DNA from: Phycisphaeraceae bacterium
GTDB lineage: Bacteria; Planctomycetota; Phycisphaerae; Phycisphaerales; Phycisphaeraceae
Length of the DNA: 64,000 bases
Assembly: GCA_040905445.1 (NCBI GenBank)
Contig: JBBDRN010000043.1
Location: 479 to 64,478, forward strand
Direction: 5' to 3'
Below, one piece after another: positions 16,081 to 24,829 of the stretch. Below the pieces are notes generated by a model. That model worked only from the letters and a program-made list of their open reading frames with translations. It was not told the DNA's origin and searched no databases. The translations under genes were made by a program, and so were the position numbers. Position 1 is the first letter of the stretch. The number at the start of each line of letters is the position of its first letter.

Positions 16081-18504
16081 TCACGCAACCCTTTTTCGCC
16101 GCAGCAGCGCCAGCCCGCCGAGGCCCAGCAGCGCCAGGCTGCCCGGCTCGGGGATCGCCACCGCGCCGCCGCCGCCCACGAGCAACTGCACGAACGGCTG
16201 CACGTCCACGGCATCCAACGCGCCATCGTTGTTGATATCACCCACCAGCACGGGATCGATGCCATGCTGGTTCTGATACTCGCCGGGGTTCGTCAGCGCC
16301 AGCACGAACGGCGCCACGTCGACCGCGTCGACGACGCCGTCGAGGTTCATGTCGCCCAGCAGCGGGCCGGTGGCCTCACCAACCTGCCAGTAGGTGTTGT
16401 CGTTCTGGAAGATGGCGGAGAACTCGGCATCCGGGTTCGACGAGTCCATGACCTGACTCGCGACGGCGTTCCAAGCCGCGGCCTGGTTGCCGACGCCGAA
16501 GAAGCTGGTGACGATGTCCTCATCGTTGAGCGTCAGGCCGGTGTTGAGGTCGAGCGTGCCGGTGGCATCGATCGAGAGCGAGCCGTGGACGGCGACGCCC
16601 TGGCCGTTGACATCGAGCGTCGAGCCTGCGGCGATGGAGAGGTTGTTGGTGAGCAGGACTTCATCGTCGTTGATGCGCGTCTCGTTGCCCGAGCCGTCGA
16701 CGACGACCGAGCCATCGTTGACGGAATTGTTGACGAGCTGGATGCTCGCCGTATCGGACGAGGTGCCGACGTTGAAGTTGCCGATGGCGTAGGTCTGCGC
16801 GACGATCTCATCCGCGGCGTTGGCGGCGACCTCAAAGGTGTTGCCGGTACCGATCATGTTGACCGTCGACTCGAACAGGCCGCTGCCCTGGACCGTGGCC
16901 GAGCGGGCGTTGGTGGAGAAGCTGCCGTGCAGGTTGATCACGGTATCCATGTCGCCGTGCAGGCCGACGCGGCGGAACTCGTTGAGCAGGTTGGCGACGA
17001 CGGTGTCGCCCCACTGGCCCCACTCCTGGAGGTCTTCGTTGAAGACGTAGCCGTCTTCCTCGGCCGTGCCTTGGTTGGGAGCGGTCTGCCACTCCTCACC
17101 CTCGGGGTCGGGCAGGAAGGTGTTGCCCTCGCTGGTGGTGCCGGCGGGTGCGACGACCTCTTCGAGGACGATGTCACCACCGACGGTCAGCGTGCCGCCG
17201 CTGGCGTCCACGGCGATGGCCTGATTGGGGTGGTGGCTGCCGCCATCCTTGCGGATGAGGATGCCACGCGCGGTGGTCAGGTCGTGACCATCGAGACGGA
17301 TCACGTTGCCGTACACGCGGCCGTGGGCGAAGATGATGCTGTAATCGCTCTCGCTGGCGGGGGTGTCGGGGATCGTTTCGCCATCGCCGGCGATGCCGGG
17401 GATGATGGTGCCGCCGGTCAGCGACACGTCGCCGAGCAGGCGGGTGTTGTTGAGCCGACCGCTGGTGGCGTCACGGGTGAAGTAAAGGCTCTTGTAGGTG
17501 CCGCCTTCGAGGTAAACGTTCTCGTTGTTGCCCGAGTGGCTGATGACGAGGCCGATCTCGCCGAGGTTGTCGAGGCGACCGCCGTCGATCGAGCCGACGA
17601 TCGACTCGTTCCCGATGGCCTGAAGGGCGATCACGGCGTGGCCACTGGGGTTGAGCCAGGTCTGATCGCTGCGGACGCTGAACTGCTGGGCGCCGAGGCG
17701 GATGGCGCCGACGGCGGGCGGGCCGGACGTGGGCGCGTGGTGGGAAGTGCCGGGGTCGCCGAGGATGATCGTGGCGCCTTCACCGGTGATGGCGACCTCG
17801 CCGCCACCGGCCAGAGACCTGAAGCCGGCGTGACCCTGGGTGCCGTGGAAGTAGCCCGAGTAGTAGTTATCGAAGGTGTGGCTTGCGCCGGCGAACTCGA
17901 GCGTGGCGCCCGACTCGACGACGAGGCCGTGCCAGCCGCCCTGATTGCCACCGAACTCGAGCGGGTTCTCACCGGTCATGGTGAGCGTGAAGCCCGAGCC
18001 CACGACGAAGTCCGGCCCTTGGCCGGTCGTGTAGCCGCGGGAAACGAACAGCGTCTCGATCGTCAGGTCCTTGCCGAGGACGAGGTTTCCCAGGGGACGT
18101 TGCCAAGTGCCGGCCTCGAGTCGGATATGGCTGGCGGCGAAGGCGCCGTCAATGGTGATCGCGCCCTCGTAGTTGCCGGCGGGCACGGTGATGTACTGGG
18201 TCTCCGGGTCCGCGCCGTCCCAGTCGGGGTTCTCGATTTCAATCGTCGGGTAAGCGCGCTTGTCGTCGGTGTAATGAAAGATCGCCGTATCGCCGACGGT
18301 CGGGATGCCGAATTCCAACTCGGGCAGCCAGTTGAACTCGTCGTTCACATCGGCCGACTCGCTGTTGCCGGTGCTGGTGGTTTCGTCCACACCGTCACTA
18401 TTCAGCCCCGCCCATGTCCATTCGGTCTGCGCCATCGCGGGCGTCGCGAGCATACCGCTCGCCACAAACCCGGCCAGGAGCATTGTTCGTTTGCGTCTCA
18501 ACAT
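16081..18504 (-). CDS. PEP-CTERM exoprotein with dockerin-like EF-hand pair (large paralogue B)
   Basis: GGAGGG precedes ATG 18504. Collinear with the 9435 gene apart from an inserted acidic module. Ends IPEPGSLALLGLGGLALLRRKRVA-stop. Confidence 0.85.
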   Translation of the reverse strand: MLRRKRTMLLAGFVASGMLATPAMAQTEWTWAGLNSDGVDETTSTGNSESADVNDEFNWLPELEFGIPTVGDTAIFHYTDDKRAYPTIEIENPDWDGADPETQYITVPAGNYEGAITIDGAFAASHIRLEAGTWQRPLGNLVLGKDLTIETLFVSRGYTTGQGPDFVVGSGFTLTMTGENPLEFGGNQGGWHGLVVESGATLEFAGASHTFDNYYSGYFHGTQGHAGFRSLAGGGEVAITGEGATIILGDPGTSHHAPTSGPPAVGAIRLGAQQFSVRSDQTWLNPSGHAVIALQAIGNESIVGSIDGGRLDNLGEIGLVISHSGNNENVYLEGGTYKSLYFTRDATSGRLNNTRLLGDVSLTGGTIIPGIAGDGETIPDTPASESDYSIIFAHGRVYGNVIRLDGHDLTTARGILIRKDGGSHHPNQAIAVDASGGTLTVGGDIVLEEVVAPAGTTSEGNTFLPDPEGEEWQTAPNQGTAEEDGYVFNEDLQEWGQWGDTVVANLLNEFRRVGLHGDMDTVINLHGSFSTNARSATVQGSGLFESTVNMIGTGNTFEVAANAADEIVAQTYAIGNFNVGTSSDTASIQLVNNSVNDGSVVVDGSGNETRINDDEVLLTNNLSIAAGSTLDVNGQGVAVHGSLSIDATGTLDLNTGLTLNDEDIVTSFFGVGNQAAAWNAVASQVMDSSNPDAEFSAIFQNDNTYWQVGEATGPLLGDMNLDGVVDAVDVAPFVLALTNPGEYQNQHGIDPVLVGDINNDGALDAVDVQPFVQLLVGGGGAVAIPEPGSLALLGLGGLALLRRKRVA

Positions 18505-18988
18505 GCGTGTGCCCTCCTTTTAGATACAGAGCAAAGAAAGAAATTCCAAAACGTGTGAACCAACTGCACCCGGAGAACGTTTTAAACCGCGTCGCCGCAC
18601 GAGCCGGCGCCGGCGGACCTGTCAGAACAGGCGATGGTGCTTGAGAACCCGGCTGCACACGGGCCTGATTGATGAATGATGATCGGCGTCTCTCCCGACT
18701 CCGTGACCTGATCGCGTTCCGTCACGGTGGCATTGTGCATCATCTTGTCCACTCATGCAAGGGAAAAACCGGCGTTCGGTCAGGGAAAGTTCCCGGGTGA
18801 TCGCGCCTGCTGACCCAGCAGCCTCCAATCGGCGGCCGCGGCATGCCCTGGCGACCCGCGACGGCCGGAGCAAGGGCAATATTTTCTTGTCAGATAGGAT
18901 TTTAATGCCGATCTTTCCGCCTGCCGCCGTCGGGATTGCCCAGCTTGCCTCAGCGCTGCCGGCGGCGGGCGAGGAGCGTCGCGTGGAC

Positions 18989-19016
18989 GCGGCGGGGGTG
19001 GCGGGGGTGGCGGGGG
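18989..19016. repeat. GGTGGCGGG nonamer array abutting the LptD-like stop codon
   Basis: GCGGCGGGGGTGGCGGGGGTGGCGGGGG, then TCA (the stop on the minus strand). Confidence 0.9.
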
Positions 19017-22000
19017 TCAGTCGCCGAACTCGGCGAGGGGGATGGGGCCCGCGGCCAGGTCGCCGAAGCCTTCCGGAATGAACACGATGCCGATGACCTG
19101 CTCATCCTCGAGCTCGTCGATCGACGCCGTCAGCCGCACGCGCCACTGCGGCAGGCGGCGTTCCAGCTCAATACTGATGCTGCGCGATTCGTCGGCGCTC
19201 AGGTCCCACCGGTGCGTGGCGCTGATGCGGTACTTGCTGGTGAGCTGGTAGGCCCCGCCGTAGGTCAACAGCCGGCTGTCGAGGGCGCGGATGTCACGGT
19301 AGTTGACGAACGAGGTCAGCCGCGGCGTGTGGCGCAGCGACGCGCCGAGGACCCAGTCGGTGACCTGGTCGTGCTCGAAGCTGTAGGTCGCTTCGCCGAC
19401 GAAGCCGACGGCTTCACTGACGCGCCAGCGTGCGCGTGAGGCGAAGTGGGTCCCGCCTTGGCTGAACTCGGGTCGGTGCTCGACGAAGCGGGGCAGCCGT
19501 GCGTCCCCGTCGCGCTCGCCGCCGCGGAGGATGATGTCGGTTTCGAGGCTCAGCCAGTCGACGCTGCGCCAACGGCCGGGGCCGCCGCGCTGCGTCTGGA
19601 GGGTGTTGAGGAACCCGGCGCGGAGGGTCAGCCCCTCGTCGAGGCCTTCGACCTGTGGGTCGTACGTCGGCAGGGCGCTGGGTGAAATCGACGCGTCGGC
19701 GTAGAAAACGTCGACGCGCGGCTCGATCGTGTGACGCAGGCGATGCAGGTCGAGCATCTGGCTGTCGATGCCGTCGTAGCTGCGGTGAAGCGCGGTGGAC
19801 AGCCGCGTGCCCGCGCCGGCCCAGGCGCGGAACTGCTCTTCGTCGGGGTGAAAGTCGCTGAAACGTTCGTCATAAGCGGTGAATCGGCCAACGGCATAGG
19901 GCGTGACGTTGAGGGGGCCGACCGCCAGCGGAGCGGCGATCTCGTGACGCGTGTCGAAACGCGTGCGCCAGTCCTGGGGGAAGCCGGCATCGGCGGCGGC
20001 GGCGTGGAAGGCGGTGTCGGCGTCGATGCCGAGCGTGGCGAGCGCGGCGTTCTGGCGCAGGCCCCGGTCGGCGGGCGTGTCGCGGCCGAACACCGCCCGC
20101 AGCCGCGAGAGTTGCGTCTCGCTGAACCAGGTCAGCCGATCGCCGAGGAGGCTCGTGCCGGTTTGAAATATCCCGACCTCCGGCAGCCGCTCCACCTCGT
20201 AACCCGGTGCCTGGTAGCTCGTCAGTTGCGGCTGAAAGTCGGTGAGTTGTCCGGTCAGCAGCAGGTCGGCCGACCATTGGTGGTCGCGGCGGAGCAGGTG
20301 CAGCGCGGTTTCGTAAGGCCGGGCGTCAAACGCCTGGTCGCGGGCGAACTCCTCGAGGAATGTCTCGTCGGAGACGTAGGCGCCTTCAAGGCTGAGCTGC
20401 CAGGCATCCTGGATGGGCTGGCGGTGTTGAAAGCGGGCGTAGCCGCGGGTTTCGCCGTCGTGGTCGATGTCGCGGCGCAGCGAAAGGTAGTCGGTGCCGC
20501 GGTCGTAAGGCAGCAGGTAGCCCTCCAGGCGGCCGAACGTGGCGTCGAGGTCATAGTCGAGCTCGACGCCCACGGCCGGGCCGTGCCGGCCACGGTAATC
20601 GAGCCGGCCTTGCAGGTCGACGCCCTCGGGCGTTTGCCGGCCGGCGAGGGCGAACAGGTCCCACGCGGTCTGGACCTCCAGGCCCCGGCGGTCGGAGTAG
20701 CTCGCCCCCCAGGCGCGGAGCGGGCCCTCGCGCGTCTGGGCGGCGAGCCAGGGCCAATAGAGCACGGGCGTATCGAAGACGCGGAGCGTGCTGTGCGTCG
20801 CGGTGAACCGCTGGTGCATGCCGCCGTCCGGATCCTCGACCTGCCGCATCGTCACGCGCTGGGCGCCGATGGCGAAGTGGGGCTCGGCGAAGGCGCTGGT
20901 GGTCATGATCGCGTCGCGGGCCTCGAAGCTGCCGCGCGATATCTGGCGGACCATCGCCGCACGCAGGTAGAGCGGGATCTGCCGCTCCGGGTCGAAGGTG
21001 TAGACGACGGCTTCAAGCAGGACGGCGCGATCGCTGACGAGGTCGTAGTACATGCGCGGCGCGCGGACGGTGAACTGCCCGTCGCTGACGATGACGTTGT
21101 CCTCGAGGTAGACGCCGCGCACCCCGGCGGCCGAGACGCCATCCAGCGGCCCACGGGCGTCGGCGGGGGGCTCGGCGGGGGTAGTGGCGGGGGCGGCGTC
21201 GTCGCGGTCCAGGTAGAGCACCGCCCGCTCGGCCTGGAGCGTGACGCTCCGCCCGGGGCCAGACTCGTAGAGCAGCCGCACGTCGCCGATGAGCATGACC
21301 ACCTGCTCCTCCGGCGTGCGGTCGGCGACCACGCGGCGGGCGTGGAACGCCAGCGACCCAGTCGTCGGCAGCACGCCGCCCGACGCGCCGCGCTCCGCCG
21401 GGGTGGCCGGCGTCGCCGGGTCGGCGAGGTCGGCGGGCGTCGGTTCGGCCAGGTCGTCGAGCCCGCCCCTGTCGTGCCGAGCGTCGAGCGCGTCGCGACC
21501 CGCAGGCGCCTGAGCAAGCAGCACCGGCGCATCCGCATGGCCGGGCGCGGCCTGGCGGGCGGACCGCCCCCGGTCGTACGCGGCAACGCGACGCTGGGCG
21601 ACGGCAAGGAACGTATCGTCAGCGGCGCCGGCGAGAATGGGGGCGGCGGCGGGGTGGTGGGCGTCCGTCTGCAACTCGATCGGGCCGGTCGTCGCCGCGG
21701 TGACGAGCATCCGTGGCCCGGTCGCACGGACTGGGGCCTCGCCCACCGGCTGCGGGGTGTCGAGGTAAAGGGCGAGGGCGCGGTGGGTCATATCTGATGG
21801 CTGATCGGCATCATCCGGCGGCGCCGGCAGGGACTGCACGCGGACGAGCGCCCGCTCGGCGCGGAAGGCATGCGTGGTCAGGTCGACGTGGACGTCGTGC
21901 TCGAGCAGCAGCCATTGGGCACCCGCCTCGTCCTGCCAGGTCGTGGCCCGGCGGGCCGTGAGGGTGGCGGGGGTGGCGGGGGTGGCGGGGGATGGTGGCT

Positions 22001-22160
22001 GATTGCCGATCTCTAATGGCTGATCCGAGGCCGAGGCGAGCGTCGTAACCGGGGCGGCGGCCAGCAGCAGCGTGAGCCAGGCGAGGCGCGCTGCGCGGCG
22101 GCGGGGGCGCGGCGGGGCGGGGATGGGGGACGCCATCGCGCTGGCGTGGTCACCGCTCAC
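19017..22160 (-). CDS. LptD/OstA-like outer-membrane LPS-assembly protein (tentative)
   Basis: 1047 aa with a signal peptide. OstA-like N-terminal beta-jellyroll pattern (GDVRLLYESG...LQAERAVLYLD; GVYLEDNVIVSDGQFTVRAPRMYYD), then a long beta-rich C-terminus. Assignment rests on pattern memory only. Confidence 0.55.
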   Translation of the reverse strand: MSGDHASAMASPIPAPPRPRRRAARLAWLTLLLAAAPVTTLASASDQPLEIGNQPPSPATPATPATLTARRATTWQDEAGAQWLLLEHDVHVDLTTHAFRAERALVRVQSLPAPPDDADQPSDMTHRALALYLDTPQPVGEAPVRATGPRMLVTAATTGPIELQTDAHHPAAAPILAGAADDTFLAVAQRRVAAYDRGRSARQAAPGHADAPVLLAQAPAGRDALDARHDRGGLDDLAEPTPADLADPATPATPAERGASGGVLPTTGSLAFHARRVVADRTPEEQVVMLIGDVRLLYESGPGRSVTLQAERAVLYLDRDDAAPATTPAEPPADARGPLDGVSAAGVRGVYLEDNVIVSDGQFTVRAPRMYYDLVSDRAVLLEAVVYTFDPERQIPLYLRAAMVRQISRGSFEARDAIMTTSAFAEPHFAIGAQRVTMRQVEDPDGGMHQRFTATHSTLRVFDTPVLYWPWLAAQTREGPLRAWGASYSDRRGLEVQTAWDLFALAGRQTPEGVDLQGRLDYRGRHGPAVGVELDYDLDATFGRLEGYLLPYDRGTDYLSLRRDIDHDGETRGYARFQHRQPIQDAWQLSLEGAYVSDETFLEEFARDQAFDARPYETALHLLRRDHQWSADLLLTGQLTDFQPQLTSYQAPGYEVERLPEVGIFQTGTSLLGDRLTWFSETQLSRLRAVFGRDTPADRGLRQNAALATLGIDADTAFHAAAADAGFPQDWRTRFDTRHEIAAPLAVGPLNVTPYAVGRFTAYDERFSDFHPDEEQFRAWAGAGTRLSTALHRSYDGIDSQMLDLHRLRHTIEPRVDVFYADASISPSALPTYDPQVEGLDEGLTLRAGFLNTLQTQRGGPGRWRSVDWLSLETDIILRGGERDGDARLPRFVEHRPEFSQGGTHFASRARWRVSEAVGFVGEATYSFEHDQVTDWVLGASLRHTPRLTSFVNYRDIRALDSRLLTYGGAYQLTSKYRISATHRWDLSADESRSISIELERRLPQWRVRLTASIDELEDEQVIGIVFIPEGFGDLAAGPIPLAEFGD
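21963..21992. repeat. GGTGGCGGG nonamer array inside the LptD-like N-terminus
   Basis: Encodes [11 protein letters not shown] in frame. Confidence 0.9.
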
Positions 22161-22827
22161 CGTTGACGCCCTGGTCGACGGCAGCCCGCTGGCGTGTCAG
22201 GCCCGGCTCGTGCTCGGTCAGCACGACAATCTGCCACAAATCGACCGTGGCGAGCTTGAAACGGTAGGCCACGTGCAGGTCGGCGTCGCCGATGCAGTCC
22301 TCGAGCGACAGGTCGCTGCGCCAGCCGATCTTGACGCAGAGGGGGTTGACGAGCTTTTCGACGCTGCCGATGAGCGGATTGGCAGAGCGGAAGTGGTTGA
22401 GGACGACAATCTGGCCGCCGGGCTTGACGAGGCTGCGGGCCCAGCGCATGAGGCGAGGCGGGTCGGACACCACGCTGACCGTGTGCGTGATCATCAGGTG
22501 ATCGAACGACCGCGGGGCGAAGGGTGGATACATGGCGTCGGCCTGGACGAGGTGCGTGTGCTTCAGGCCGAGGCGCTGGCGCTTGTGGTTCGCCTTGTCG
22601 AGCATGCCCCAGGAGAGGTCGAGGCCGACGATGGTGACGTCGTCGGGGTAGTGCTCGAGGGTCATGCCGGTGCCGACGCCGAGGTCGAGGATGCGGTCGC
22701 CGGGCTTGGGCTGGAGCTGCTCGAGGGCGGCGCGCTGGCGCTTGTGGACAAGCGCGCCGAAGGTGCGGTCATAGATGCCCGCCCAGATGTCGTAGCAGCG
22801 GCTGGTGGCCGGCTCTTGCATGCGCAT
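22150..22827 (-). CDS. class I SAM-dependent methyltransferase, PmtA (phospholipid N-methyltransferase)-like
   Basis: [34 protein letters not shown] and C-terminal [11 protein letters not shown] resemble Rhodobacter-type PmtA. Stop overlaps the start of the LptD-like gene by 11 nt. Confidence 0.7.
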   Translation of the reverse strand: MRMQEPATSRCYDIWAGIYDRTFGALVHKRQRAALEQLQPKPGDRILDLGVGTGMTLEHYPDDVTIVGLDLSWGMLDKANHKRQRLGLKHTHLVQADAMYPPFAPRSFDHLMITHTVSVVSDPPRLMRWARSLVKPGGQIVVLNHFRSANPLIGSVEKLVNPLCVKIGWRSDLSLEDCIGDADLHVAYRFKLATVDLWQIVVLTEHEPGLTRQRAAVDQGVNGER

Positions 22828-22998
22828 CGCAACGATATCCCTGGCGGTGGACGGTGCATGACGGCCCGCGCGAGGCCGGGGGCAGGATACCGGCGCGATC
22901 GAGGGGATGCCAGTTGCCGGGGCGGGTGCGGATTTCTCGCGGAGGTCGCCGTGAGCTGTGGATCGGGCGCCGGGCGATGCGTTACACTGTGGGGTGCC

Positions 22999-23196
22999 AT
23001 GGAAGTGACCGTCAACGGCCAAATGCGGCAGGTGCGGGCCGGGAGCGTCGGCGAGCTGCTGGCAGAGCTGGGCCTCGCCGGCCAGCCCGTGGCGGTGGAG
23101 CTCAACGAAGAGCTGGTGCCCAAGGCCCGGCACGAGGCGACGGGGCTGACGCCGGGCGACCGCCTGGAGCTGGTGACGCTGGTGGGCGGGGGCTAA
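22999..23196 (+). CDS. thiS: sulfur carrier protein ThiS
   Basis: 65 aa ending ...LVTLVGGG-stop, directly upstream of thiG. The 5' part of ORF 22072..23196 was rejected. Confidence 0.85.
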   Translation: MEVTVNGQMRQVRAGSVGELLAELGLAGQPVAVELNEELVPKARHEATGLTPGDRLELVTLVGGG

Positions 23197-23288
23197 AGCA
23201 GGCCGTTCACGCGCGCTCGTGTATCCGCTGTGCGGACCTTCCCACGCCGCCTGCGTCGGAACCGTCCGATCGAGGCGAATTCACCCCG

Positions 23289-24152
23289 ATGAACATGACC
23301 AACACGACAACCACCCCGCCCGTCGAGCCCGCCGACGCCCCGCTGCAACTGGGCGGCATGACGCTCAGCTCGCGGCTGATCGTCGGCACGGGCAAGTACG
23401 CCGACTACGAAACCATGCAACAGGCGCTCGACGCGTCGGGGGCGCAGGTCGTGACCGTGGCGGTGCGCCGCGAGCGGCTGGTCGACGATCGCGGGCGCTC
23501 GCTGCTGGAGTTCATCGACACCGACCGCTACACGATCCTGCCCAACACGGCCGGGTGCTTCACCGCGGCGGACGCGGTGCGCGTCGCGCGGCTGGGTCGC
23601 GAGCTGCTCGAGCAGCTCAACAACGCGGGGAAGGTCTGGGTCAAGCTGGAGGTGCTCGGCGACAAGAAGACGCTGCTACCCGACCCGCAGGGGACGCTCG
23701 AGGCGTGTCGGGAGCTGGTGGCGGACGGCTTCAAGGTGCTGTGCTACACCAGCGACGACCCCATCATGGCCACGCGCATCAAGGAGGCGGGCGCGACGAG
23801 CGTCATGCCCGCCGGCTCGCCCATCGGCTCGGGGCAGGGCATCCTCAACCCGCACAGCATCATGCTCATCCTCGAGATGCTCAAGGAAGGCGACGCCGAC
23901 TACCCGGTCATCGTCGACGCGGGCGTGGGCACCGCCAGCGACGTGACGCAGGCGATGGAACTCGGCGCCGACGGCGTGCTGCTGAACACCGGCATCGCCC
24001 ACGCGGGCAGGCCGGTGGCGATGGCCCACGCGATGCGGCACGGACTCGAGGCGGGCCGGCTGGCCTACCTGGCGGGGCGGATCCCGAAGAAGCGGTACGC
24101 GACGGCGTCGAGCCCGTGGGAAGGCGTGCTGAGCTACATTCCGGGCGAGTGA
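23289..24152 (+). CDS. thiG: thiazole synthase ThiG
   Basis: [39 protein letters not shown] and VLLNTGIA motifs. Confidence 0.93.
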   Translation: MNMTNTTTTPPVEPADAPLQLGGMTLSSRLIVGTGKYADYETMQQALDASGAQVVTVAVRRERLVDDRGRSLLEFIDTDRYTILPNTAGCFTAADAVRVARLGRELLEQLNNAGKVWVKLEVLGDKKTLLPDPQGTLEACRELVADGFKVLCYTSDDPIMATRIKEAGATSVMPAGSPIGSGQGILNPHSIMLILEMLKEGDADYPVIVDAGVGTASDVTQAMELGADGVLLNTGIAHAGRPVAMAHAMRHGLEAGRLAYLAGRIPKKRYATASSPWEGVLSYIPGE

Positions 24153-24159
24153 GCAGGGG

Positions 24160-24194
24160 AAATTAAAAATTCAGAATTCAAAATTCAGAATTGA
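24160..24194. repeat. AT-rich heptamer array, copy 2 of the same 25-mer
   Basis: Read directly; lies just after the thiG stop. Confidence 0.9.
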
Positions 24195-24245
24195 ACAAGG
24201 GCACCCGGCTGCGAGTCGGCGTTTCTGCATTTCAGGAGCCTGGCC

Positions 24246-24506
24246 ATGAGCACGCAAACCAGCGACGTGGCACGCACCAGCGGGCGGGCGATGGGCCCGA
24301 AGACCATCATCAAGCTCGTGGCGACAGCGATTGTGGCGCTGCTCGTGCTGATCGTGATCATTCAGAACACGGAGCACGTCGACACGCACGTGTTGTTCTG
24401 GGAATTCAACATGCCGCGCGTCGTGCTGCTGTTCCTGACGCTGGTCGTCGGCTTCGCGATGGGGATCACCGCCGCGGTGATGTACACATCGCCGCGGCGC
24501 CGTTGA
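24246..24506 (+). CDS. LapA-domain (DUF1049) small inner-membrane protein
   Basis: 86 aa with two TM segments flanking ...QNTEHVDTHVLFWEFNMP..., typical of the LapA domain. Confidence 0.6.
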   Translation: MSTQTSDVARTSGRAMGPKTIIKLVATAIVALLVLIVIIQNTEHVDTHVLFWEFNMPRVVLLFLTLVVGFAMGITAAVMYTSPRRR

Positions 24507-24546
24507 GGCAGGCCGCGCGGCCAACGCAATCGCCGGCGCCGGACTT

Positions 24547-24750
24547 CAGCCCCGGCAGGGGCTGCGGGCGGTAGCCACGGGTGAAGCGCAGCGGAACCCG
24601 TGGAACGTGGCGACGAAGTCCTCCTGCCCCGGCAGGGGCAGAGGCGACGTCCTCCGCCCCTGCCGGGGCGGGACGCTGCGGTCAACCCCTTTCCACGGGT
24701 TCCGCTGCGCTTCACCCGTGGCTACAGGCTGGTCGCCCCTCCGGGGCTGC
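24547..24750. repeat. composite structured element: two ~58-nt inverted units around a 13-bp hairpin
   Basis: CCACGGGTGAAGCGCAGCGGAACCCGTGG (24575-24603) and its exact reverse complement (24693-24721). Inner hairpin 24627-24639 / 24656-24668. Confidence 0.9.
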
Positions 24751-24829
24751 AACGAAGGCTCGGCTCGACCGTGTTTTGTCGTCCCCGGAAATCGCGGGCG
24801 CCGCGGACCCGCCGACGCGGCAGGCGGCG

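Noticed and set aside
9435-18504. The PEP-CTERM array as a mobile genomic island.
   Set aside because: No integrase, transposase, tRNA target or island-scale flanking direct repeats are visible. Base composition looks like the rest of the window.
22828-22998. TPP (THI-box) riboswitch expected upstream of thiS-thiG.
   Set aside because: No CTGAGA or ACCTGATCTGGATAATGCCAGCG-like core was found. The only GGGGTGCC string abuts the start codon.
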